From Deltaproteobacteria bacterium (GTDB taxonomy: Bacteria; Desulfobacterota; Binatia; UTPRO1), in assembly GCA_016200545.1 (NCBI GenBank), contig JACQEO010000070.1, positions 12,663 through 76,662 of the forward strand: a stretch of DNA of 64,000 nucleotides. The letters run 5' to 3'. Below, piece by piece: positions 45,064 to 53,594 of this stretch (its first letter is position 1; the number at the start of each line of letters is the position of its first letter). Position numbers and translations under genes: made by a program. Below the pieces are notes generated by a model. That model did no database searches. It was not told the DNA's origin and saw only the letters and a program-made list of their open reading frames with translations.

Positions 45064-46311
45064 ATGATGGCCGGCGCACCGCTGCGGCGGGTGGCGATCG
45101 TCGCCGCGTGCCCGTTTCCGAGCTTGCAGGGATCGCAGCTCCTGATCCGGCGGTTGGCGCAGGGGCTGCGGTCGCGCGGCCACGCCGTCGTCGTCGTCGC
45201 CTACGCGGAGGGGCTGGAGGACGCGCTCGCGGGGATTCCCGTGCGTCGCATCCGACCGATTCCGGGCTGTCGCGCCCTCGGCTCGGGGCCGCGGCCGGCG
45301 AAGCTGCTGCTCGACGCGGCACTCTTCGCGACCTTGCGCAAGGTGTTACGCGAGGAACGCGTCGAGATCGTGCACGCCCACAATTACGAAGCGGCGCTCG
45401 TCGGTCTCGCGGCGGGGCGGCTCGCCGGCGTGCCGGTCATCTACCACAGTCACAACGCGCTGGCTGAGGAGCTGCCGACATATTTCCGCGGCCGGCTCGC
45501 CCGCCGTGTGGCGCGCGCGCTGGGCGCGCTCGCCGACCGCGAGGTGCCGCGGCGAGCCGACCACTGCATCGCCATCTGTCGCGAGCTCGTCGGCTTTCTG
45601 CGCGCGCGTGGCGTCGACGCCGTCGACCTGGTCTCTCCCGGCGGCTCGCCCGAGGAGTTTCCCGCACGCTCGTCGCACGAGATCGGTGCGATCCGGGCGC
45701 GCTTCGAGTTCGGTGCCCGTCCGTTACTGCTCTACACCGGCAACCTCGACGGCTATCAGAACCTCGAGGTCCTGCTGCAGAGCATCGGTCGAGTGCGGGA
45801 AGTGGTGCCGGACGCGCTGCTGGTGCTCGCGACGCACGCCACGCCGCCGGCGTTGCCGCCGGCGCTCGTGGCGGCGTCGCCCGGTGTGCGCGTGGTGGCG
45901 GCCGACGATTTCGCCACCGTGCGCGATCTGTTGCAAGTCGCTGACGTCGCGCTCTGCCCACGGCGGGAGTGGTCCGGATTTCCCATGAAGCTGCTCAACT
46001 ACATGGCCGCGGGGAAGGCGATCGTCGTCTCCGCCGGTTCGGCGAAGGCGGTGCGCCATGGCACGAACGGCTGGGTGGTCGCCGACGGCAGCGCCCGCTG
46101 CTATGCCGATGCGATCGTGCACCTGCTCGCGTCGCCACGGCTGCGCGCTGCCCTCGGGCGTGCCGCTCGCCGTACGGTCGAGGACGAGTACGGCTGGGAT
46201 CGCGTCCTCGATAAGATCGAGGCGATCTATGCGACGGTATTGACGGGGCGCGTGCCGGCCGAGCTGCCGGATACGCCCGTCGGGGTCCTGCGCGCCGCGG
46301 GACTCGACTGA
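45064..46311 (+). CDS. Glycosyltransferase family 4
   Basis: In-frame ATG 45064. RVAIVAACPFPSLQGSQ start. C-terminal FPMKLLNYMAAGKAIVVS. Confidence 0.8.
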   Translation: MMAGAPLRRVAIVAACPFPSLQGSQLLIRRLAQGLRSRGHAVVVVAYAEGLEDALAGIPVRRIRPIPGCRALGSGPRPAKLLLDAALFATLRKVLREERVEIVHAHNYEAALVGLAAGRLAGVPVIYHSHNALAEELPTYFRGRLARRVARALGALADREVPRRADHCIAICRELVGFLRARGVDAVDLVSPGGSPEEFPARSSHEIGAIRARFEFGARPLLLYTGNLDGYQNLEVLLQSIGRVREVVPDALLVLATHATPPALPPALVAASPGVRVVAADDFATVRDLLQVADVALCPRREWSGFPMKLLNYMAAGKAIVVSAGSAKAVRHGTNGWVVADGSARCYADAIVHLLASPRLRAALGRAARRTVEDEYGWDRVLDKIEAIYATVLTGRVPAELPDTPVGVLRAAGLD

Positions 46312-46337
46312 GACGCTGCACGAACGAGGAGGCGTTG

Positions 46338-47348
46338 ATGCAGAAGCCGACGATAGCGATCACGATGGGCGACGCCGCGGGTATCGGGCCCGAGATCGTC
46401 GTCAAGTCGCTCGCCGACCCGCAGGTGCGCGACTGGTGCAAGCCCATCGTTCTCGGCGATCTCGGGGTCCTGCGCGCCGCAGCCGAGCGGGCACACGTCG
46501 CGCTGCGGCTCGAGTCGGTCGATCGGCCGGCAGACGCGCGCGGCGGCGCCGGAACGGCCTGTGTCATCGACTATCGCAACGTCGACGCCGGCACGCTGCG
46601 CATGGGCGTCATCGAGCCGGCGCTCGGCGATGCGGCGGTACACTACACCCGTGAAGCGGCGCGCCTCGCGCTCGCCGGCGAGATCGACGGCATCGTCTCG
46701 GCGCCGCTCAACAAAGAGGCGATGCGCGCCGCCGGCCACCACTACGAGGGCGCGACCGAGATCTTCGCGGAGATGGCCGGGACGAAGCGCTACGCGATGG
46801 TCCTCATCCTCGGTGAGATGCGGCTCATGCTACTCACCAACCACATGTCGCTGCGCGAGGCCTGCGACAAGGTGACCGAGGCGCGCGTCTACGAGAAGGT
46901 GATGCTCGGTCACGAGGCGCTGGTCGCGCAAGGTATCGCGGCACCGCGGATCGCCGTCTCCGCCTTGAACCCCCATGCGGGAGAGGGCGGGCTCTTCGGG
47001 CGCGAGGAGATCGACGAGATTCAGCCGGCGATCGCGCGCGCGCGCGCTGCGGGTGTGAACGCGATCGGGCCGGTACCGGCGGACACCGTGTTCTTCAAGG
47101 CGAAGCAAGGACTCTACGATATGACGATTGCGCTCTACCACGATCAGGGGCTGGGGGCGGTGAAGCTCCTCGGTTTCGGCACCGTCGTGACCCTGCTGGT
47201 GGGTCTGCCGTTCATCCGCACCTCGACGGGGCATGGGACCGCCTTCGACATCGCCGGTACCGGCAAAGCGGACCACGCGAACCTCCTCGAGGCCATCCGC
47301 GTCGCCGCCGAGCTCGGTGGTCGGCGCACCAGGGAGCGCGCCGCTTGA
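46338..47348 (+). CDS. pdxA: PdxA-family NAD-dependent dehydrogenase (PdxA / PdxA2, 4-phospho-hydroxy-acid dehydrogenase)
   Basis: KPTIAITMGDAAGIGPEI and ALNPHAGEGGLFG signatures. ATG lies 5 nt after GAGGAGG. Confidence 0.85.
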   Translation: MQKPTIAITMGDAAGIGPEIVVKSLADPQVRDWCKPIVLGDLGVLRAAAERAHVALRLESVDRPADARGGAGTACVIDYRNVDAGTLRMGVIEPALGDAAVHYTREAARLALAGEIDGIVSAPLNKEAMRAAGHHYEGATEIFAEMAGTKRYAMVLILGEMRLMLLTNHMSLREACDKVTEARVYEKVMLGHEALVAQGIAAPRIAVSALNPHAGEGGLFGREEIDEIQPAIARARAAGVNAIGPVPADTVFFKAKQGLYDMTIALYHDQGLGAVKLLGFGTVVTLLVGLPFIRTSTGHGTAFDIAGTGKADHANLLEAIRVAAELGGRRTRERAA

Positions 47349-48577
47349 TGACACCGCCGAGCGAGGCGCAGCTCCGCGAGGAGCTGACACACTACTGCCG
47401 GGTCGCCTATGAGCGGCAGCTGGTGTCGGGAACCGGCGGCAACCTGAGCGCGCGCGTGCCCGGGCGGGAGTACATCCTCATCACCCCGAGCGCGGTCTCG
47501 CTTCGGGAATGCACGCCCGAGGACTTCATCCTGGTCGATCTCGAGGGTCGCAATGTGGAAAGGCGCGACGATCTGGTGGCGTCGAAGGAAGTGTTCCTGC
47601 ACACCGCCGTGTACGCCGCCCGACCCGACGTCCACGCCATCTCGCATCTGCACCCGCCGTATTGCATCCTCTTCGCCATCCGCAATCGCCAGATCCCGCT
47701 GGTGACGATCACCGCCGAGGTTCGCCTGGGCGCGACGCCGGTCGTACCCGAGGCGCCGTCCGGATCGCGGCGACTCGCCGAGCTGGTACGCGACACCGTC
47801 CTCGCGTGGCCGGACGCGCGGCTCGTCCTCCTCGAGCGTCACGGTGTGCTGGCGATCGGGGAGACGCTACGCGACACCATCGATGTCGCCGATCTCGGTG
47901 AGGACACGGCACGCGTCGCCCACATGCTCTCGCTCTCGAGCGGCGACGAGACGAAGCGAATCTGGGATGTCTCCGTGAGGGACGAGCCGGGCATGCACGT
48001 GTACCCGGGCGACCCGCCAATCGAGATGCGACGCGTGCGCGCGATCGCCGACGGCGATCTCGCCAACCTGACCTACCTCGCGCTCGGCGTGCACACGGGG
48101 ACGCACGTCGACGCGCCGGCGCATTTCATCGAGGGCGCGCCGACGCTCGAGCAGATCGCCCTCGACCGGTTCGTGGGTCCCGCGACGGTTCTCGACCTGC
48201 GGGGCCGGGCGGTCGTCGACGCCGCGGCGTTGCGTGCGCACGACGTCCCCGCGGGCGGCATCGTGCTCTGCAAGACCGACAACTCCGCGCTCTGGGAGCA
48301 ACCGGGGTTTCAAGAGGGGTTCACGTATCTCACGCGGGACGCGGCCGAGCATCTGATCGCGTGCGGCGTGAAGACGATCGGGATGGACTACCTGTCGATC
48401 GAACGCTTCGGCAGCACGACGTTCGAAGTGCACAAGCTCCTCCTCGGCCGCGGTATCCCCATCATCGAAGGCCTCGATCTGCGGGCGGTGACCCCCGGGA
48501 CCTACACGCTCGTCTGCCTGCCGCTCAACCTCCAGGGTGTCGACGGTGCGCCGGCACGCGCGATCTTGACGCGATGA
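47348..48577 (+). CDS. Fusion: class II aldolase/adducin-family domain plus putative cyclase (kynurenine-formamidase-like) domain
   Basis: N-terminal half has SGTGGNLSAR and HLHPPY. C-terminal half has GVHTGTHVDAPAHF. The start overlaps the pdxA stop (TGATG). Confidence 0.8.
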   Translation: MTPPSEAQLREELTHYCRVAYERQLVSGTGGNLSARVPGREYILITPSAVSLRECTPEDFILVDLEGRNVERRDDLVASKEVFLHTAVYAARPDVHAISHLHPPYCILFAIRNRQIPLVTITAEVRLGATPVVPEAPSGSRRLAELVRDTVLAWPDARLVLLERHGVLAIGETLRDTIDVADLGEDTARVAHMLSLSSGDETKRIWDVSVRDEPGMHVYPGDPPIEMRRVRAIADGDLANLTYLALGVHTGTHVDAPAHFIEGAPTLEQIALDRFVGPATVLDLRGRAVVDAAALRAHDVPAGGIVLCKTDNSALWEQPGFQEGFTYLTRDAAEHLIACGVKTIGMDYLSIERFGSTTFEVHKLLLGRGIPIIEGLDLRAVTPGTYTLVCLPLNLQGVDGAPARAILTR

Positions 48578-49821
48578 CCGCGCTCGAAGTCATCGCCGAC
48601 GACTTGACTGGCGCATGCGACGTCGGTGCCGAGCTCGCCGCCGCGGGATTCGCGGTGCGTGTCGCCGTCGACGGGGCCTCCCTCGACGAGGTGGAGGGGG
48701 GGGTGTGCGTCGTCAATACCCAAAGCCGCGCGGTTCGCGCCGGCGAGGCCTACGCGCGGGTACAGAGAGTCGCGCGCCGCCGTCCGGTCGACCTGTTGCT
48801 GAAAAAGATCGATACCGCGCTCCGCGGCCACCTCGGCGCCGAGCTCGACGCGGCGATCGACGGTCTCGGCGCCTCGGCCGCCTTCGTGGTGCCGGCGATT
48901 CCGACGGCCGGACGCGTCACCCGCGGCGGATGCCAATGGTTCAGCGGCCGGCGCCTCTCGGAGACCGAGTTCGCTTCCGACCCGGAAGGTGGCGGGGCGG
49001 AGTCGTCGGTGGCTGCGGTGATCGGCAGGGAGAGCCGCCGGCGTACTGAGCTCATCGGCCTCGAGATCTTGCGGACCGGCGGGCTGCGCAACCGGACGCG
49101 AACGCTAATGGGCGCCGGTGTCGACGTCTTCATCGTCGACGCCGAGTCCGAAGACGACCTCGCAACCGCGACCTGCGACATCCTCGAGCTGCCTAGGCCG
49201 CTCTGTATCGTCGGCTCGATCGGCGTGGCGGCTGCGCTGGCGGCCCACCTCGGGACCGCCGACGCCACGTCCCGGATCGGGCTCGCGCCGCTGCCGGGTC
49301 CGGCGTTGATTCTCTGCGGCAGTATGCATTCGACGGCGCGCGCGCAGTTGGAAGGGGCGTGCGCGGCCGAGTTCGCGGCGCGCGTCACCATGCCGCAACG
49401 GATCGCGGAGGGGATCGCGGCGACGGACCGGGCCACGATCGCCGCGCAGGCACACGCGCTTCTCGTTTCCGGGCAGAGCGCCGTCGTCGCCGCGCCGCCG
49501 GCCGAAGCGAGTCCCGACGTCGGGCGGCGGCGTGCCATCGAACGGACGCTCGGTGAGATCGCACGCGACGTGCTCCGCGGCGGCGCCGCCGCGGCGCTGG
49601 TATTGATCGGTGGCGAGACGAGCTACGCGGTCCTGCGCGCCATCGGCGCCACGGAGCTCGTCGTGCACGGCCGTATCGCCCCACTCGTTGCCGCCGGGAC
49701 GGTCGCGCGTGGTGAGGCGGTGGGCTTGCCGCTGATCGTCAAGGGAGGGTCGGGTGGTGGTCCCGACACCTTACGCGCGCTCCTCGATCGGACCGCGCCG
49801 GCGCACCAGGCCGCGGGCTGA
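48574..49821 (+). CDS. Four-carbon acid-sugar kinase (DUF1537; OtnK/DtnK family)
   Basis: ATGA overlap. N-terminal VIADDLTGACDVG motif. Two-domain length (415 aa). Confidence 0.75.
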   Translation: MTALEVIADDLTGACDVGAELAAAGFAVRVAVDGASLDEVEGGVCVVNTQSRAVRAGEAYARVQRVARRRPVDLLLKKIDTALRGHLGAELDAAIDGLGASAAFVVPAIPTAGRVTRGGCQWFSGRRLSETEFASDPEGGGAESSVAAVIGRESRRRTELIGLEILRTGGLRNRTRTLMGAGVDVFIVDAESEDDLATATCDILELPRPLCIVGSIGVAAALAAHLGTADATSRIGLAPLPGPALILCGSMHSTARAQLEGACAAEFAARVTMPQRIAEGIAATDRATIAAQAHALLVSGQSAVVAAPPAEASPDVGRRRAIERTLGEIARDVLRGGAAAALVLIGGETSYAVLRAIGATELVVHGRIAPLVAAGTVARGEAVGLPLIVKGGSGGGPDTLRALLDRTAPAHQAAG

Positions 49822-49831
49822 AGGAGCGGGT

Positions 49832-50296
49832 GTGCGAGTCGCGGCCGACACCGTCGTCACCATCGAGTACGTTGCGCGCCTGGATGACGGCACCGTCGTC
49901 GACTCCACCGAGCGCTGCGGAGCGATCAGCTACCTGCACGGCAACGAGCAGGTCTTTCCGGCGCTTGAACGCGTCGTCGACGGGCTCGAGCCGGGCGACG
50001 CGCGCGACGTCCAGCTACCGGCGGAAGAGGCCTACGGACTGCGCCGTGAGGAGCTCATCCGGCGTGTGCCGCGCGCGCAACTTCCGCCGGACATCGCGCT
50101 CGTGCCCGGCGAGCGCTACGAGCTGCGGGCCCCGAATGCGACGCGGCTCGTCTTCACGCTCGTCGGCGTGGAGGGCGACGAGGTGGTCGCCGACTTCAAT
50201 ACCCGCGGTGCGGGGCAGGGGCTGCGGATCACCGCCACGGTACTCGGGGTGCGCGCCGCGACGGCGGATGAGATTCGCCGCGGCACGCTGCGCTGA
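49832..50296 (+). CDS. slyD: FKBP-type peptidyl-prolyl isomerase (SlyD-like, no His-rich tail)
   Basis: GTG 49832 after AGGAG. VVTIEYVARLDDGTVVDST...GNEQVFPALE..GLEPGD, with an insert-in-flap-like middle segment. Confidence 0.8.
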   Translation: MRVAADTVVTIEYVARLDDGTVVDSTERCGAISYLHGNEQVFPALERVVDGLEPGDARDVQLPAEEAYGLRREELIRRVPRAQLPPDIALVPGERYELRAPNATRLVFTLVGVEGDEVVADFNTRGAGQGLRITATVLGVRAATADEIRRGTLR

Positions 50297-50419
50297 GCGA
50301 CTGCCACCGCCCGTCCGTCCTCTCACATTACTCGTAGGCTTCCGGGGCCTTCGGCTCCGGTGGAAATGTCCACATCGGCAACGCGTCGCCGGGGGGCCGC
50401 GCGAACAAGGAGCAACGTC

Positions 50420-50683
50420 ATGAGGAAACGCGAGAAACTCACGCCCGAGGAACGCTTCGCCCTCGCGCTAGCGTTGGTCAAGCGGGAGCAATCGTTGGGA
50501 GAGATTTGCCTTTACTACCAGGTCAGCCACACGACCGCCTACAAGCTCCGGAACGCGTTTCTCGACGGGGCGCGCAAGGCGCTTGCGACGATCGGACGCT
50601 CGGCCGACGTGCGCGAGGACGCAGGCGCGCCTCGCGACGGCGGCATCGCAAGCGGGCCGGGCGGAAAGCACGCGATCGGATGA
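50420..50683 (+). CDS. Orphan transposase-type N-terminal HTH protein (87 aa)
   Basis: ATG 50420 after AAGGAG. KLTPEERFALALALVKREQSLGEICLYYQVSHTTAYKLRNAF resembles IS3/IS481/IS630-type transposase HTH modules. No catalytic ORF or inverted repeats nearby. Confidence 0.5.
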   Translation: MRKREKLTPEERFALALALVKREQSLGEICLYYQVSHTTAYKLRNAFLDGARKALATIGRSADVREDAGAPRDGGIASGPGGKHAIG

Positions 50684-50771
50684 TCCGGCCGCGGAACGCG
50701 CGCTTCGTTTGTGCGTTGCCGCCCGGCCCGGCGCCGGTTATTCTTACCGATCACGGCTCGAAGGAGGCGCA

Positions 50772-51725
50772 ATGTACCTGGTAACCGGAGGCGCAGGCTT
50801 CATCGGCTCGAACGTTGCCGAGACGCTCGTGCGTCGTGGCGAGAAGGTGCGGATCTTCGACGATTTCTCCAACGGCAAGTGGGAAAACCTGAAAACCTTC
50901 GCCGGTGATGTCGAGGTGATCGAGGGCAATCTCCGCGACCTCGACGCCGTCCGCCGCGCCGTCGACGGTGTCATCGGCGTCTACCACCAGGCCGCCCTGC
51001 GCTCGGTGCCGCGCTCTGTCGACAACCCGCTTGCTACCAACGACGTCAATATCACCGGGACGTTGCAGCTGCTGATGGCGTCGCGCGACGCGGGCGTGAA
51101 GCGCGTGGTCGCGGCCTCGTCGTCGTCGGTCTACGGCGCCAACGAGGACTTGCCGAAGCGCGAGGATCAGATGCTGCTGCCGGTCTCACCCTACGCCGCC
51201 TCGAAGCTCGCGGGTGAGCACTACTGCCGGATCTTCACCCGCCTCTACGGGCTCGAGACCGTGAGCCTCCGCTACTTCAACGTCTTCGGGCCGCGCCAGG
51301 ATCCCGACTCGCAGTATGCCGCGGTGGTGCCGCTGTTCATCCAAGCCGGCCTCGACGGCGTGCCGCTCACCGTGCACGGCGACGGCATGCAGTCGCGCGA
51401 TTTCACCTACATCGAGAACGTCGTGCAGGCGAACCTGCGTGCGATGGAGGCGCCGGAGGCGGCGGGCGAGGCCTTCAACATCGCCTGCGGTTCTCGCTAC
51501 ACGTTGATGGACATCGTGCACGCGATCGAGCGCGAGCTCGGCCGCGCGCTCACGTGCCGTCACACTCCATCGCGCGCCGGCGACGTGCGACATACGCTCG
51601 CCGACATCAGCAAGGCGGAGCGTATGCTCGGTTTCAAGCCGACCGTCGACTTCGACGACGGCATGGCGCGTACGGTCGCGTACATCTCGTCGCGAAACTT
51701 CAGCGGTCGCGCCGCCTCCGCCTGA
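50772..51725 (+). CDS. Extended SDR NAD-dependent sugar-nucleotide 4-epimerase (WbpP/TviC-like)
   Basis: MYLVTGGAGFIGSN, catalytic SPYAASK (YxxxK). AAGGAGG upstream. Confidence 0.85.
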   Translation: MYLVTGGAGFIGSNVAETLVRRGEKVRIFDDFSNGKWENLKTFAGDVEVIEGNLRDLDAVRRAVDGVIGVYHQAALRSVPRSVDNPLATNDVNITGTLQLLMASRDAGVKRVVAASSSSVYGANEDLPKREDQMLLPVSPYAASKLAGEHYCRIFTRLYGLETVSLRYFNVFGPRQDPDSQYAAVVPLFIQAGLDGVPLTVHGDGMQSRDFTYIENVVQANLRAMEAPEAAGEAFNIACGSRYTLMDIVHAIERELGRALTCRHTPSRAGDVRHTLADISKAERMLGFKPTVDFDDGMARTVAYISSRNFSGRAASA

Positions 51726-51908
51726 CATCCCGCGACGGCCGCGCCCGGCGCGCACCCCGGGGTTCTCCCCCGGCGCGGCGTGCGCTCGCGCTGGCGTGCA
51801 TAGGGAACGGGTCGATCGCGGCTGTGGCACGCGCATGCCCGCGAGCATTCCTCGAGCCCTCGCGATGCGCGCACCCTGCATGTTTCCGCGAGAAGGAGAA
51901 CAAGTCCG

Positions 51909-53585
51909 GTGAACAGTTTCCGCCCGACAATTGCGACGGTCGTTGCGCTGCTCCTCGTCTGGGGAGTCGGCGCGGAGTCCGCCGCAGCTGGCGACCACTA
52001 CCTGTGTTATCGCGCGAAGCCGGCGCGCGCCGACCCCGGTGGAGCACCGTTCCCGACTTTCGCGCCGCGATCGGGAGACGCCGTGATCGACGCGCTCGGG
52101 TCGTTTGCGGCCGGCGACCAGCACCTCCGCGACATCAAGCGGGCGATCGGCTTGTGCACCCCCGCCGAGGTCGACGGGCAAGCCGCGCTCGACGATGCGA
52201 CGCACCTCGACGTCTACGCCGTGACACGCACGCGCACCGTGCCACCGCAGGCGCTGCCTCTCCCCGCCGCGCACGAGATGGTCGACGAGTTCGGCACGCT
52301 TCGGCTCGGTGTGCGGGCGGCCGATCGCGTCTTCGTGCCGGCAGGGACGGCGGGTGGGACGGGCGGGGCGCCACCGCCGGCGCCCGGCGGCGTCGACACG
52401 TTCGCGTGCTACCCGGCGAAGGCTGCGCGCACGTCCGCCGATACCCCGGCGTTCAGTCCACGCAGCGTCGTCGTCCAGGACGCGCTCGGGGCGCGGACGC
52501 TCCAGCTCACCCAGCCAACGCGTGTCTGCGCGCCGGCCGACCTGAACGGCGCGGATGCGAGCGCGCCCGCCCATGCCGGGCACCTCGTGTGTTACCGCGC
52601 TCGGCTGGCGCGGATGCCCGTGCCGCAACCGCGATTCGAAAACACGGTGGTCTCGACGTACGACACGTTCGGACCCGAAGTTCTCGCGATGACGGCGATC
52701 GAGGAGCTCTGCGTCCCGAGCCTGAAAGACCCGCCGCATCCGACGACGACGCCGCTCGTGGTGCCGAGCGGAGTGCGACGTACGGCGACGCCGCGCATGC
52801 CGACCTTCACGCCGGCGCGGACGCCGACACCGTCGCGCACGCGGACGCCGCCGCCGTCGCGTACGGCGACCGTCGTTGCGACGCCGACGCTGTCGCCGAC
52901 ACCGACCCTCAGCGCGACGCCGACGGCGACGCGGACGCCGCCGCCGACGCGCAGCGCGACGCCGCGGCCGACGCGCAGCCCGACACCCACGGTGTCGCCC
53001 ACTCCGGTCGGGGCACCAACGCGGCTGTTCGTCATTCCCGCGACTCGTGCAATCTCCGAAGACGCGAGCACCAACTTCACGGCGATCGCAGAGTTCCGCA
53101 ACGGCGCGACGCAGAACTACACCCAGAAAGTGACCTGGAGCTCGAGCAAGGACACCATCGCGACGGTATCGAACGACACCGGCACGCGCGGGCGCGCGAC
53201 GGGGCATCGGCCGGGGACGGTGACCATCAGCGTGCGTGACCCGGTCAGCGGGCGCGCGTCGGCGGACGACGACAGCGCGACCCTCACCGTGCTCGGCCAG
53301 TTGATGAGCATCACGCTGGCCCCCAGCGAGACGACGTTGCATGTCGGGGATCACGTTGGGTTTGCCGCGACCGGCCACTACGCCGGTGGATCGACACAAA
53401 ACCTGACGCAGAAGGTGACGTACTCGTCGAGCGATTCCGCGGTCGTCCTGGCGACCAACGCGGACGGCAATCGCAGTGACGTCCAGGCGGTCGGGGAGGG
53501 ATCCGCCGTGATCTCGGCAACGGACCCGAATACCGGCGTCAGCTCGTCGCCGGCTGGCGATGCTGCGGTGACCGTCGCGCCGTGA
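51909..53585 (+). CDS. Secreted protein: signal peptide, four tandem about 50-60-aa Cys modules, Pro/Thr/Arg/Ser-rich linker, two Big_2-like Ig domains
   Basis: GTG after AGGAGAA. Signal peptide TIATVVALLLVWGVGAESAAA. Modules begin HYLCYRAKPA, THLDVYAVTR, DTFACYPAKA and GHLVCYRARL. Ig-like repeats contain FTAIAEF..TQNYTQKVTWSSS and FAATGHY..TQNLTQKVTYSSS. Confidence 0.75.
   Translation: MNSFRPTIATVVALLLVWGVGAESAAAGDHYLCYRAKPARADPGGAPFPTFAPRSGDAVIDALGSFAAGDQHLRDIKRAIGLCTPAEVDGQAALDDATHLDVYAVTRTRTVPPQALPLPAAHEMVDEFGTLRLGVRAADRVFVPAGTAGGTGGAPPPAPGGVDTFACYPAKAARTSADTPAFSPRSVVVQDALGARTLQLTQPTRVCAPADLNGADASAPAHAGHLVCYRARLARMPVPQPRFENTVVSTYDTFGPEVLAMTAIEELCVPSLKDPPHPTTTPLVVPSGVRRTATPRMPTFTPARTPTPSRTRTPPPSRTATVVATPTLSPTPTLSATPTATRTPPPTRSATPRPTRSPTPTVSPTPVGAPTRLFVIPATRAISEDASTNFTAIAEFRNGATQNYTQKVTWSSSKDTIATVSNDTGTRGRATGHRPGTVTISVRDPVSGRASADDDSATLTVLGQLMSITLAPSETTLHVGDHVGFAATGHYAGGSTQNLTQKVTYSSSDSAVVLATNADGNRSDVQAVGEGSAVISATDPNTGVSSSPAGDAAVTVAP
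52731..53021 (+). repeat. Low-complexity coding repeat (Pro/Thr/Arg/Ser linker)
   Basis: Reiterated ACGCCG/CCGACG/CGCACG units encoding TPTPSRTRTPPPSRT..TPTLSPTPTLSATPTATRTPPPTRSATPRPTRSPTPTVSPTP. Confidence 0.8.
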
Positions 53586-53594
53586 GCGCCGGCG

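Noticed and set aside
51825-51839. Sigma-54-like TGGCAC-GCGCA-TGCC upstream of the secreted-protein gene, and a similar TGGCAC-TCGCG-TGCC at 55018..55032
   Set aside because: The GG-to-GC spacing is one nt short of the invariant -24/-12 spacing and the TTGC is incomplete. These are likely chance matches.
52731-53021. Reiterated short DNA units that could be mistaken for a tandem-repeat or CRISPR-like array
   Set aside because: The units are irregular, lack unique spacers, and lie in frame within a Pro/Thr linker of a long ORF. This is a coding low-complexity region.
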